Assembly (NCBI GenBank): GCA_964016885.1
Contig: OZ024759.1
Coordinates: 35,092,001-35,156,000, forward strand
DNA length: 64,000 bases
Reading direction: 5' to 3'
DNA from: Eledone cirrhosa
Taxonomy: Eukaryota
Shown: positions 13,169 through 25,849 of the stretch, piece by piece
How positions within the stretch are numbered: position 1 is the first letter of the stretch
Layout: the number at the start of each line of letters is the position of its first letter
The notes under the pieces: generated by a model
Seen by the model: only the letters and a program-made list of their open reading frames with translations
What the model was told of the DNA's origin: nothing
The model's database searches: none
Position numbers and translations under genes: made by a program

Positions 13169-14169
13169 AATAAGACTGATACATTAGATAATGTAACCCC
13201 ATATTGACCTGAAATGAGAGGATAGTCATGGCTGGAATACCTTTCATTGTAAGACTGTTTGATCTGGGGGTTAAACAACAAACATGTTTATTGATTAATT
13301 CAATCAACATACCTCACATTCTCTTGTAAACCTTTATTACTCTCCACCCCTCCTCGCATGATCCTTTATAAACCCCCACCATCCCCAATAGGACCTTGGT
13401 AAACATTCCCCCTCTTAAACCTCAATACCCCCGCTCCCTTAAACCCTCCCCTCTTTTAAACAGTGATACCCCCCCCCTCTCATTTAAACACTGGTAAAAC
13501 CTCCCCCTCCCTTAAACCCCACATAAAACCTCCCCCTCTTTTAAACAATGATAACACCTCCACCTCCTTTGAACCTCTGATAAAACTTCCCTCCTTTTTG
13601 AACTGTGATTAACCCTTGTTGCTCTCGTTAATCCACTTTAATTGATCCCCCACCCATCCACCCCCACACTACCCGACCCACACCTCTGCCCCTTAATTAG
13701 CTGGGATTCAGGAGATAAACGTAGCTGAAGGGGTGTGGGGTGTGGCTGGGGTGGTGACAATGCTTTTCTATTGTTTCAAATTGTTGCTAATCCTATTAAA
13801 ACTATTTAAAGTGTTTAAGTAAATCTGTGGAAACAAGGACAGCTTCGTTTACGTTTACATAGGACAGGTATTTTCAGATTTGCACCTTGTCAACGGATTT
13901 AAAACAAACAGGCAGTAGTTAAAGCTACACCCAACCTACCTTATTGCAGGAAGATATCTCTTCTGTTGTGTCAAGGGCATGACAACTTCTCTAGTGTTGG
14001 TGATCTACATGGTAATATGCACCCAGCACACTCTGTAAAGTGGTTGGTGACACGAAAGGCATCTAGATATAGAAAACTTGCTAAACAAAGGATGAAGTGT
14101 ATTTTTGTGTATTTTTAATTAGAAATATGGTAATGAAATGGTTAATTATTATATTTTTATTTTCAACAG

Positions 14170-14268
14170 ATCCAGCCTCACAGACTCCTTGGAATCGAGC
14201 CCAATGACTGGAGAGAAGCTAAAGTTTGCAAGAAAGACCCCACCCAGCAGACAGATAAGTACCGTCCA
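14170..14268 (+). CDS. IAP: IAP exon B (99 nt, phase 0-0; IQPHRLLGIEPNDWREAKVCKKDPTQQTDKYRP)
   Basis: T-rich acceptor ttttcaacAG|ATC, donor CCA|GTAAGT, open frame compatible with both neighbouring exons. Unique sequence island between repeats. Confidence 0.8.
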
Positions 14269-14365
14269 GTAAGTAGACGATCTCTATTTAACCAGAAACC
14301 ACAAATCTTTTAAAAATTTAGATAATTTCCACCTTTCTTAAGACTTAGATGTAGAAGATTTTGTA

Positions 14366-15442
14366 TCTTGAGACACATGAGGCAGCCAAAGTACTCCAAT
14401 GACCACGGTCAGTTACATCTATCAATACATCCCACATCTTGAGACACATGAGGCAGCCAAAGTGCTCCAATGACCACCACGGTCAGTTACATCTATCAAT
14501 ACATCCCACATCTTGAGACACATGAGGCAGCCAAAGTGTTCCAATGACCACCACGGTCAGTTACATCTATCAATACATCCCACATCTTGAGACACATGAG
14601 GCAGCCAAAGTGTTCCAATGACCACCACGGTCAGTTACATCTATCAATACATCCCACATCTTGAGACACATGAGGCAGCCAAAGTGCTCCAATGACCACA
14701 GTCAGTCACATCTATCAATACATCCCACATCTTGAGACACATGAGGCAGCCAAAGTGTTCCAATGACCACCACGGTCAGTTACATCTATCAATACATCCC
14801 ACATCTTGAGACACATGAGGCAGCCAAAGTGTTCCAATGACCACCACGGTCAGTTACATCTATCAATACATCCCACATCTTGAGACACATGAGGCAGCCA
14901 AAGTGCTCCAATGACCACAGTCAGTCACATCTATCAATACATCCCACATCTTGAGACACATGAGGCAGCCAAAGTGCTCCAATGACCACCATGGTCAGTT
15001 ACATCTATCAATACATCCCACATCTTGAGACACATGAGGCAGCCAAAGTGTTCCAATGACCACAGTCAGTTATATCTATCAATATATCCCACATCTTGAG
15101 ACTCATGAGGCAGCCAAAGTGTTCCAATGACCACAGTCAGTTACATCTATCAATACATCCCACATCTTGAGACACATGAGGCAGCCAAAGTGTTCCAATG
15201 ACCACAGTCAGTTATATCTATCAATATATCCCACATCTTGAGACACATGAGGCAGCCAAAGTGTTCCAATGACCACAGTCAGTTACATCTATCAATACAT
15301 CCCATGTCTTGAGACACATGAGGCAGCCAAAGTGCTCCAATGACCACAGTCAGTTACATCTATCAATACATCCCACATCTTGAGACACATGAGGCAGCCA
15401 AAGTGCTCCAATGACCACCACGGTCAGTTACATCTATCAATA
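14366..15442. repeat. 71/74-bp minisatellite (~15 copies)
   Basis: Unit TCTTGAGACACATGAGGCAGCCAAAGTG...ATCCCACA. Confidence 0.93.
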
Positions 15443-15530
15443 TATCGTTACAACTTTTGTTGACAGGTTTCAGGTCAGGTCTCTGTCTATTGTCTGCTGC
15501 CAGTTCATCTTGGAACGTCCTCTTGTGTGT

Positions 15531-16203
15531 GTGACAGTTCACACCTCTGCAGGTTTAGCTGGCCTCCTCCAAGGTATATCTTGTTGGAGGTGTGTAGGGT
15601 GATTTAATGATATGGACCACAGTCCTATCATCTCATTTCTACAGCTGAGTAAATTGGAGCAACGTGAAATAAAGTGTCTTGCTCAACAAAACAACACACC
15701 ACCCGGTCCGAGAATTGAACTCTCAACCTTTCGATTGCAAGCCCAATGCTCTAACCACTAAGCCATGTGCCTTCACAACGTCCTCTTGGCCACAGGGATA
15801 CCAGTAATACAAGACGTGGTTAGCATGTCTCTCATTTGGAAGTCGTGTGATATGTCTCAAGCAGTTTGCACATGATGTTACACATACGTTGTTGTTGGCA
15901 GGTTTGTTGATGGACTTCTTTGTTGCTGATAACCCTTTTTCTACCTTTACCACCTCAAATGGCGTATGGCTTAGTGGTTAGAGCAGTGGGCTTGCAATCG
16001 AAGGGTTGAGAGTTCAATTCTCGGACCAGGTGATGTGTTGTTTCCTTGAGCAAGACACTTTATTTCAAGTTGTTCCAGTTTACTCAGCTGTAGAAATGAG
16101 ATGATAGGACTGGGGTCCCTATCATTAAACCACCCAAGACACCTCCAACGAGATATACCTTGGAGGGGGCCAGCTAAACCTGCACAGGTGTGAGCTGTCA
16201 CAA
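15531..16203. mobile_element. Head-to-head inverted pair of family 1 SINEs
   Basis: 15531-15776 (-) and 15960-16203 (+) share head, core and 3' extension. Confidence 0.82.
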
Positions 16204-16388
16204 CAACAACAACAACCTCAAATGAATCCAATAAAAAATGAAAAGAAAGCAGTGCCCCAGCATGGCCACAGTCTATTGAGTGAATGCTGTAAAAGAAGGT
16301 GGCACTCCTGCATGGCCATGGTCTAATGACTGACTCCTCCTCCCCCTCCTCCTTCAATAAATATATTCTTTCTTTCTCTCTCTTACAG

Positions 16389-16419
16389 TTACATGTTCCT
16401 TCTTCTCAAGAAACAACTG
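16389..16419 (+). CDS. IAP: IAP microexon C (31 nt, phase 0-1; LHVPSSQETT)
   Basis: Polypyrimidine tract tctttctctctcttacAG| and donor CTG|GTGAGT. Supplies the phase 0 to phase 1 change needed to join exons B and D. Confidence 0.78.
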
Positions 16420-16429
16420 GTGAGTATTA

Positions 16430-16576
16430 TACTACTACTACCACTACTACTACTACTATCACCGCCACCCTTACTACTACTACTACTACCACCACCACCA
16501 CCACCACTACTACTACTACCACCACTACTACTACTACCACCACTACCACTACTACTACTACTATCACCGCCACCCT

Positions 16577-16612
<36 letters not shown>

Positions 16613-16895
16613 CACCACTACTACTACCACCACCACCATTACTTCTACTACCACCACCACTAGTACTACCACCACCACCACCACTACTACTACCACCATC
16701 ACTACTACCACTACCATTACTTCTACTACTACTACTACTATCATTACTACTACTACCACCACTACTACTACCACCACTACTACTACCACTACCATTACTT
16801 CTACTACTACTACTACTACAACTACTACTATCATTACTACTACTACCACCACTACTACTACTACCACTACCATTACTTCTACTACTACTACTACC
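16430..16895. repeat. (ACT/ACC)n microsatellite filling IAP intron C-D
   Basis: Direct reading. Confidence 0.9.
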
Positions 16896-16927
16896 ATTCC
16901 TAAATAATGTTGTTGTTGTTGTTGTAG

Positions 16928-17053
16928 CTTCTGAATCTTGGAGGAGTAAACTGCAACTATGTCTTCAGCAGCCACGTGTACTCACCTTCTTAGAGAATGG
17001 TTATAGTGAACGAAGGATTCGGAAAGTCTTAAAGAAACAACTGCAGAACACTG
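16928..17053 (+). CDS. IAP: IAP exon D: N-terminal part of UBA domain
   Basis: gttgtAG|CT...ACTG|GTGCGT (126 nt, phase 1-1). ASESWRSKLQLCLQQPRVLTFLENGYSERRIRKVLKKQLQNTG resembles the IAP UBA pattern (NGY in place of the MGF loop). Confidence 0.85.
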
Positions 17054-17185
17054 GTGCGTGCTTTCACTCATCTTTCTTAATCCTACTTTTGACCAGGCTG
17101 TCTTGTCTATGACATGGACGGGGGGCCAGTAATTTGGGTTTTTGATTCCCCCCCCCTTTTTTTTTCTTTTGTAAGTTTTGCTTAA

Positions 17186-18605
17186 CCCTTTAGCATTTAA
17201 ACTGGCCTTATCCGGCCAGAACTCTCTCACCTCTTTATATTCAAACCAGCTATAACTGGCTGCTCATATCAACATTAAGGTATTGTTCTCAAAATAAATA
17301 ACATCAAAATCTCATAGATTCGATATTATGTGAGGTAAAGCCTTTACTGTGAAAATACAATAGTATATATAGAGTAATGTAAATATTATGTGAGGTATTA
17401 TGTGAGGTAAAGCCTTTACTGTGAAAATACAATAGTATATATAGAGTAATGTAAATATTATGTGAGGTATTATGTGAGGTAAAGCCTTTACTGTGAAAAT
17501 ACAATAGTATATATAGAGTAATGTAAATGTTATGTGAGGTAAAGCCTTTACTGTGAAAATACAATAGTATATATAGAGTAATGTAAATATTATGTGAGGT
17601 AAAGCCTTTACTGTGAAAATACAATAGTATATATAGAGTAATGTAAATGTTATGTGAGGTAAAGCCTTTACTGTGAAAATACAATAGTATATATAGAGTA
17701 ATGTAAATGTTATGTGAGGTAAAGCCTTTACTGTGAAAATACAATAGTATATATAGAGTAATGTGAATGTTATGTGAGGTAAAGCCTTTACTGTGAAAAT
17801 ACAATAGTATATATAGAGTAATGTAAATGTTATGTGAGGTAAAGCCTTTACTGTGAAAATACAATAGTATATATAGAGTAATGTAAATATTATGTGAGGT
17901 ATTATGTGAGGTAAAGCCTTTACTGTGAAAATACAATAGTATATATAGAGTAATGTAAATGTTATGTGAGGTAAAGCCTTTACTGTGAAAATACAATAGT
18001 ATATATAGAGTAATGTAAATGTTATGTGAGGTAAAGCCTTTACTGTGAAAATACAATAGTATATATAGAGTAATGTAAATGTTATGTGAGGTAAAGCCTT
18101 TACTGTGAAAATACAATAGTATATATAGAGTAATGTGAATGTTATGTGAGGTAAAGCCTTTACTGTGAAAATACAATAGTATATATAGAGTAATGTAAAT
18201 GTTATGTGAGGTAAAGCCTTTACTGTGAAAATACAATAGTATATATAGAGTAATGTAAATGTTATGTGAGATATTATGTGAGGTAAAGCCTTTACTGTGA
18301 AAATACAATAGTATATATAGAGTAATGTAAATGTTATGTGAGATATTATGTGAGGTAAAGCCTTTACTGTGAAAATACAATAGTATATATAGAGTAATGT
18401 AAATGTTATGTGAGGTAAAGCCTTTACTGTGAAAATACAATAGTATATATAGAGTAATGTAAATGTTATGTGAGATATTATGTGAGGTAAAGCCTTTACT
18501 GTGAAAATACAATAGTATATATAGAGTAATGTAAATGTTATGTGAGGTAAAGCCTTTACTGCAAAAATACAATAGTATATATAGAGTAATGTAAATGCTA
18601 AAAGG
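17186..18605. mobile_element. piggyBac-type MITE (same family) with expanded ~20-unit array
   Basis: TTAA|CCCTTTAGCATTTA ... TAAATGCTAAAAGG|TTAA. Same 5' body as the 10626 copy; unit TGTGAGGTAAAGCCTTTACTGTGAAAATACAATAGTATATATAGAGTAATGTAAATGTTA. Confidence 0.85.
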
Positions 18606-18680
18606 TTAAGTTTATATCATATTTTACAAATAAACATGAAGGGGCCTGAGGCCCAGAGAGAACACTCCAATGGCCTACAT

Positions 18681-18940
18681 GTATATTTGTATTCTTTCGG
18701 TCATTACCCAAGATTCATGACCATAGGTAAGGGTTGGCACGAATACCGAATTGAAGACAGAGAGTTCAGCTTCTACACCTACCTCCCTTCTTCTGATTAC
18801 TGAATGTTGCAGCTGGCGCATTACTGCACCAGCTCCTGTAATTCTTGCACTTAATTCAACCTCCTGCCTTCCATCACTCGTGAACATGGGCCCGAGATAG
18901 TTGAATTTCTCTACTTGCTTCAGTGGAACTCCTTTTACAT
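18681..18940 (-). mobile_element. RTE-clade LINE fragment (RT C-terminal/thumb region)
   Basis: VPLKQVEKFNYLG...ELSARITGA...VFNSVFVPTLTYGHESWVMT matches the FxYLG and PxLxYGxExW motifs of RTE LINE ORFs. Confidence 0.85.
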
Positions 18941-19050
18941 GTTCCAGCCATCCGGCTGAGGCCATGCTGGGGCACATGTATATAAATATTCACTTTTTTT
19001 ATTGATTATTTTTTTCTTCGACTGGGATGGCACTGGTGCTTTTTTTTTTC

Positions 19051-19958
19051 TTTGACATGAGTGGCACTGGATTTTTTAATTCTGATTTTTCTTTGACATG
19101 AGTGGCACTGGATTTTTTAATTTTGATTTTTCTTTGACATGAGTGGCACTGGATTTTTTAATTCTGATTTTTCTTTGACATGAGTGGCACTGGGTTTTTT
19201 AATTCTGATTTTTCTTTGACATGAGTGGCACTGGATTTTTTAATTTTGATTTTTCTTTGACATGAGTGGCACTGGATTTTTTAATTCTGATTTTTCTTTG
19301 ACATGAGTGGCACTGGGTTTTTTAATTCTGATTTTTCTTTGACATGAGTGGCACTGGATTTTTTAATTTTGATTTTTCTTTGACATGAGTGGCACTGGGT
19401 TTTTTAATTCTGATTTTTCTTTGACATGAGTGGCACTGGATTTTTTAATTCTGATTTTTCTTTGACATGAGTGGCACTGGATTTTTTAATTTTGATTTTT
19501 CTTTGACATGAGTGGCACTGGGTTTTTTAATTCTGATTTTTCTTTGACATGAGTGGCACTGGATTTTTTAATTTTGATTTTTCTTTGACATGAGTGGCAC
19601 TGGGTTTTTTAATTCTGATTTTTCTTTGACATGAGTGGCACTGGATTTTTTAATTCTGATTTTTCTTTGACATGAGTGGCACTGGATTTTTTAATTTTGA
19701 TTTTTCTTTGACATGAGTGGCACTGGGTTTTTTAATTCTGATTTTTCTTTGACATGAGTGGCACTGGATTTTTTAATTTTGATTTTTCTTTGACATGAGT
19801 GGCACTGGGTTTTTTAATTCTGATTTTTCTTTGACATGAGTGGCACTGGATTTTTTAATTCTGATTTTTCTTTGACATGAGTGGCACTGGATTTTTTAAT
19901 TCTGATTTTTCTTTGACATGAGTGGCACTGGATTTTTTAATTCTGATTTTTCTTTGAC
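19051..19958. repeat. 41-bp minisatellite (~22 copies)
   Basis: Unit TTTGACATGAGTGGCACTGGATTTTTTAATTCTGATTTTTC. Confidence 0.93.
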
Positions 19959-20041
19959 TAGGGTGGCAATTTTTTGTTATTTTTTCCTTTATAAATGAAC
20001 AGTTGTACTTTATGTATTTTTTTTTTTTTTCTTTGCTAAAG

Positions 20042-20181
20042 GAGAAAACTTTGTAAGTCGTGAAGTTATGTTCCGAGCTCTGGAAGATACAGACTCCGAG
20101 GATGAAGAACGCCACCAGTGGATGCATCACAGGCAACAGATGCATCATCTGCAGCAGTTGCAACAGCAGCATCAACAGCAG

Positions 20182-20213
<32 letters not shown>

Positions 20214-21350
20214 ACAACAACAACAACAGCAACGCACTGTAGTTAGTGATCAACAAAGGACAAGTGTTTGTACATCTCTGTCACAACCACCACCACGTTC
20301 TCCACCACCACCACCACCACAGCCACAACCGTCGTCGTCATCTTCTTCTTCTTCTTCTTCTTCTTCTTCTTCTTCGTCGTCATCGCCGTCATCGTCACTG
20401 TCATCTGCCCTTCAACAGACAAACCCTTCGTCGTCGTCTCGTCACGTTCACCACCACCGGTCCAACACGAGACACTCCCAGCAGCCACACATGGCGTCTG
20501 CCGCCGTCTCGTCGATCGTGCGACAACAACAGCAACACCATCACCACCATCTCCACCAGCAAGCAGCAGCAGCACCACCGCCACCACCACCATTAACACT
20601 ACAACAACAACAACAACAGCAGCAGCAGCAGCAGCAGTCGTCATCGTCGTCATCATCATCGTCATCGTCGTCGTCGTCGTCATCATCTTCGATAGCAGCA
20701 GCAGCAGCGGCGGCAGCAGCAGCAGCGGGTGCTGCAGCTGGGTCTGTGCTCACACATGTCATCATGAGCACCGCTGCGCAACAGTCGCTGCCTTCCGCTT
20801 CGCATCTGCAGCCATCGTCGTCGAGCTCGCTGTTGCCGTTAGCAACCATGCAGCTGCAGCAACAGCAGCTGCAGCAACAGCAACAACAACAACAACAACA
20901 ACAAACGTTATCTCCTGCATCTCAGCAGTTGCATATGCAGCAGCAGCAGCAACAACAACAACAGCAACATACACAGCTGCCGGCATCATTGCAACAACAT
21001 CATCATCATCAACAACAGCAACAACATCATCAGCAACACCAGCAGCAGCAGCAGCAGCTGTCTTCTTCACCAGCTTCGCCAGTTGAAGTACAGCCTGTCA
21101 TGTTGTCTGTTCCCCCACACTCCCCCCTGCCCTCCCATCCCCACCCACTTCACTCACCGCCGCCCCCACAACAACAACAACAACAGCAGCAGCAGCAGCC
21201 GCTACCGCCACCAGCGACAGTAGCAGCAGCACCTCCGCCTCCACTCCACCCCGTGCAGGCTCTGCGCTCCCCCAGGTCGTCTCCGACACCCCCTCAGGTC
21301 CGGAGCTCACCTTCACCGTCATCCAATCAACACCAGTCGCCTGTATTGCC

Positions 21351-21389
<39 letters not shown>

Positions 21390-21847
21390 GCAGCAACAGC
21401 AACAGCAACAGCAACAACAGCAGCAGCAACAGCAGCAGCAACCGGTAACCAGCCAGTTACCCCCAACACAAGCACCATCACCATCACCATCAGCATCCAC
21501 ACCACAACCCCAGCCTCAACAACAACAACAACATCATCAACAACAACAACAACAACAACAACAGCAACAACCGCCTCCACCACCACCCCCACCATCATCA
21601 GTACCGCCCCCTCCTCCACCACCACCACCGCCACCTCCACCACCACCACAGATAATTAACGAGCTGCCTCCAGTGTCAGTGAGTGGAGAAAGCAAAGCCC
21701 AGTCGAGTGTGACAGCGCCATCTATTGGCAATGGAGAGAAGGAAGGCGATGACAATGACACGTCATCACCGTTCACCACCAAACTAGATGACGCTTTGGA
21801 ATCAAAAGACGGCAAAGAAGACTCCGCAGAATCTGAAGAAAAAAGGA
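20042..21847 (+). CDS. IAP: IAP exon E (1806 nt): end of UBA plus very long low-complexity polyQ/S/P/A/H region
   Basis: Acceptor (t)n-ctttgctaaAG|GA gives G-ENFVSREVMFRALED, completing the UBA. Frame stays open through the mixed-codon repeats to DSAESEEKR. Donor AGGA|GTAAGT (phase 1). Confidence 0.88.
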
Positions 21848-22073
21848 GTAAGTTTATCTTCTTGGTTTTCATTCATTGTTGCATTACCTTATACACCTTT
21901 GGGTGGCTTTTATGGATAAAAGATATCAAATTTCGTATCTTTTATGCATAACATCTGTCTGACGACCGATCCAGACGTATTATTATCGTCTGGGATCCAG
22001 AAACCTTTGGTAATGGAGTAGTTATATTTTGTGTTGTTCCCTTTCTAATTATATATATATATATATATATATA

Positions 22074-22385
22074 TAGTGGTTAGAGCATTGGCCTTGCAAT
22101 CGAAAGGTTGTGAGTTCAATTCTCAGACCGGGTGATGTGTTGTTTCCTTGAGCAAGACACTTTATTTCACATTGCTCCAGTTTACTCAGCTGTAGAAATG
22201 AGATGATAGGACTGTGGTCCCCAGCACTCACTGTAAAGTGGTCGTGGAGGTGCCATGGCAAGAAAGCACCCAGCACTCACTGTAAATGAGGTTGGTGTTA
22301 GGAAGGGCATCCAGCTGTAGAAATCAAGCCAGAATCAGTTCCCGTCCCACCCTTGCAAAAGTGGACATAAAATGAAATGATGATG
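22074..22385 (+). mobile_element. SINE family 1 with GGTGTTAGGAAGGGCATCCAGC / (ATG)n tail
   Basis: Same head and core. The tail also occurs at ~830-1060, ~1670-1835, ~35520-35730 and ~36675-36835. Confidence 0.8.
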
Positions 22386-22547
22386 AATGATAATACATAA
22401 GTCTAAAATATAATATGGATTTGAATTTTGAATTTCTTTTTTCTTAATATTTTCAACTTTTATTCATAATTGTATTTTTTGTTTTTGGTTTTGAAATTTC
22501 TTATTAACTTTTCTTTATTTTTTTTTCTATTTTTTTTCCACTTTTAG

Positions 22548-22744
22548 GACTCGAAGAACTTTTGGAGGAAAATCGTAATCTGAAAGAATTGAACCAATGC
22601 AAGATTTGTATGGATAACGATATCAATGTTACATTTATTCCGTGTGGTCATTTAGTGTGTTGTAGTGACTGTGGCAAATCTGTAAGACACTGTCCTCTTT
22701 GTCGAACCCCTATAGAGCGTTCTTTTAGGGTTTATCTTGGCTGA
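22548..22744 (+). CDS. IAP: IAP last exon: coiled segment plus C3HC4 RING E3 ligase domain, stop TGA 22742-22744
   Basis: Acceptor ccacttttAG|GA. RLEELLEENRNLKELNQCKICMDNDINVTFIPCGHLVCCSDCGKSVRHCPLCRTPIERSFRVYLG* is a classic IAP C-terminal RING. Six exons total 2945 nt, plus 1 upstream base = 982 codons including the stop. Confidence 0.96.
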
Positions 22745-24324
22745 ACCCATGTGTAAGGGACCGGGTTTTCTCATTTCAACCAACAGAATTTTCCTTTCTG
22801 GAAAAAAAAATATTAAGAAAAAAAAAAAGACATAAATAAATAAAACAAACTTTGGGGGTTATTATTATTATTATTATTTTTTTTTTTTTTTTTTTTTTCA
22901 ACAAAAAAAAAAAAAGCAAGCAAATGTTGGATTCTGACAAAAACTAAGTACAGGAAGGAAGATGGGGTGTTTTTTTTTGGGGGGGGGGGGGGGGGTCCCT
23001 GTTTATTTTAATTTTTTTTTTTTTATCGTCTGTGACGGTTTGTGTTTCTTGCTAAAATGAAAGAATTATAAAAAATAAAAAAAAAAAAACTGTCCCTCAG
23101 CTGTGGGCAGAGATCATTAATTTCTAAAGGTACAGTGATTCCAACATCATTATTTCAACATAACTACAACTACTGTTGTGATTATTACTATTAATACTAC
23201 CACCACTACCACTATTATTACTACTACTACTACTACATGAACCGTTTGACAGTAAAACAAACAAACAAAAAGATAATGAAGAAAAAAAAACCTTTCCGAA
23301 ACAACAGCTGCTAAACTTTGACCTCCCCCCCCCCTGCTATATATATGTATATATACATACATATATATATATACACATATATTCACATATATATACATAC
23401 ATGCATATATATACACATATATTCACATATATATATGTATACATATATATATATATACATGTGTGTGTGATTAAACTTCTCTTTTCCTTCCCCCCTTTTA
23501 AACCTGGTACAGGGCGGGGTGGGAGGAGGGGGTACATGAAACTTGTGAAGAAATAACCCCCCATCCACCCCACCCCACCCTCCTTCATAAAAACAACAAG
23601 AAAATAATGAAATGTAAAATATGAAATTTAAAAAAAACAAAACAAAAAGGGAACTTGAAAAAAAAAATGAGGAAAAAAAACGAAACAAATACAAACAAAG
23701 AAATACTCCCTTTTGTCCCCTAATAAACTACACATACATACCTGGCTCTAGCTCTCCCTCCTCCCCCTCTCTTCCTTCTCAACACACACAACCCCCACCT
23801 CCCAGTCAAACCCCTTCCCCCCTTTTCCTTTCTCTCTCTTTTTTTTTCTTGTGGTCATGTTAGGTGAGAGCAGAGCCCTACCCTAACCCCTTAACCTTAC
23901 CCTACCTTAACCCTTACCTTGCCCCTAAACCCTATAAATAAAGACTTGGAGAAACTGGGTTCGAACAATTTTTAGATACCAAACAAAAAACGAAAACAAA
24001 ACAAAACCCTGACGACATTTTTTTCAGTCTCCAAGTATTGAACCTCAATCAATCATGATTATTGATTTAAAATAATTTCTTCTCTCTCCTTTTACTGGCT
24101 TACATGGAAAAAAAAATAATAATATATTTTCTGTCCTTGTGATAACATCTTTTATTTGGATTTTTTTTTTAAACCCTTATTTGAATTTTTTTTTATGTCT
24201 GTGTGAATTTTATTATTATTATTATTATTTTATGTTTGTTTATTTTTACCCGACTAATTTTGTCGTTTACTGTCGTTATCAATCATGTTTAATTAACCAC
24301 CACTCTTCTTAACTCTCACTTCTT

Positions 24325-24364
<40 letters not shown>

Positions 24365-24404
24365 ACACACACACACACACATATACACACACATCTATTT
24401 CTTG

Positions 24405-24725
24405 CAACTGTCACATCTGTAACATCTGTTTATTAAAATACTTTGTCTCCACATAACTACACACTGTCTACCTACATCTGTAACATCTGTTTATTAAAAC
24501 ACTTTGTCTCCACATAACTACACACTGTCTACTCACAACTGTCACATCTGTTTATTCAACACTTTGTCTCCAGATGTCTCCACACTGTCTACTCACAACT
24601 GTCACATCTGTTTATTCAACACTTTGTCTCCAGATGTCTCCACACTGTCTACTCACAACTGTCACATCTGTTCATTCAACACTTTGTCTCCAGATGTCTC
24701 CACACAACTTCACACTGTCTACCAT
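24405..24725. repeat. ~60-bp minisatellite
   Basis: Unit GTCACATCTGTTTATTCAACACTTTGTCTCCAGATGTCTCCACACTGTCTACTCACAACT. Confidence 0.85.
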
Positions 24726-25391
24726 CTGCCAGATCTGTACAGTCTGTTTAATTCAGTCCAGACTGATGCCTGCATGTACCTCCATCTGCCTCACTTCACC
24801 TTCTTTCTCTTCTTCCTCTTCCCCCTTCATTTACAGAAATATTTATTCAAATCTTGCAAATAGTGTGTGTGACTGTAAGGTGTCTGTCTGTGGCTATCCA
24901 TGTGTGTGTGATTGTGACCATGTATGTGTAATTGTGTGTATTTGCATGTGTATGTGTGTATGTATATATGTGTGTATTATTATGTGAATGTGTGTGTAAT
25001 TACATGTGTATGTGTGTATATATATGTTATATGTGTGTATTATTATGTGAATGTGTGTGTAATTACATGTGTATGTGTGTATATATATGTTATATGTGTG
25101 TATTATTATGTGAATGTGTGTGTAATTACATGTGTATGTGTGTATATGTGTGTATTATTATGTGAATGTGTGTGTAATTACATGTGTATGTGTGTGTATA
25201 TGTTTATATAATAACATTCATACCTCTGTGTGTGAGAGATACTAAATTAAACAAAGAAAAAAAGAAAGACAGACAGAAAAAACTATTAAACTCTTCCAGA
25301 GAAGTTTTGACATCAACAACAACAACAGCAAGAATTACTGGTGAGTGGACAATATATTTATATTTTAGTGACATTAAATTCAACAGAACCA

Positions 25392-25790
25392 AATGTCACA
25401 ACTGACCAGCTCACAACTCTCTCTCTCTGTTGGTCAAAATGTTGTCTCAACTGACCAGCTCACAACTCTCTCTCTGTTGGTCAAAATGTTGTCACAACTG
25501 ACCAGCTCACATCTCTCTCTCTGTTGGTCTAAATGTTGTCACAACTGACCAGCTCACAACTCTCTCTCTCTGTTGGTCAAAATGTTGTCACAACTGACCA
25601 GCTCACATCTCTCCCTCTGTTGGTTAAAATGTTGTCACAACTGACCAGCTCACAACTCTCTCTCTGTGTCACAACTGACCAGTACACATCTCTCTCTCTC
25701 TCTGTCACAACTGACCAGTACACATCTCTCTCTCTCTCTGTTGGTCAAAATGTTGTCACAATTGAGCAGTACACATCTCCCTCTGTTGGT
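25392..25790. repeat. ~45-50-bp minisatellite
   Basis: Repeated GTCACAACTGACCAGCTCACA(TC)nTGTTGGTCAAAATGTT. Confidence 0.85.
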
Positions 25791-25849
25791 CATCTGCAGA
25801 ATCATTAAACTGTTGGTCAAAATGTTTTGCAGTATTTTGTATTCATTTT

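Noticed and set aside
14366-15442. CRISPR-like look of the regular arrays (also 19051 and 61808)
   Set aside because: Head-to-tail units with no unique spacers, eukaryotic context and no cas genes.
15960-16035. tRNA genes
   Set aside because: The A/B-box sequences are SINE heads fused to SINE cores and do not form intact cloverleaves.
17304-18572. 422-aa repetitive ORF (also 11847-12470, 38566-39465, 51397-52465, 55477-56130)
   Set aside because: Stop-free frames of minisatellites.
23878-23935. Telomere-like CCCTAA repeats (also GGGTTAGGG at ~55090-55165)
   Set aside because: Short and degenerate, not a telomeric array.
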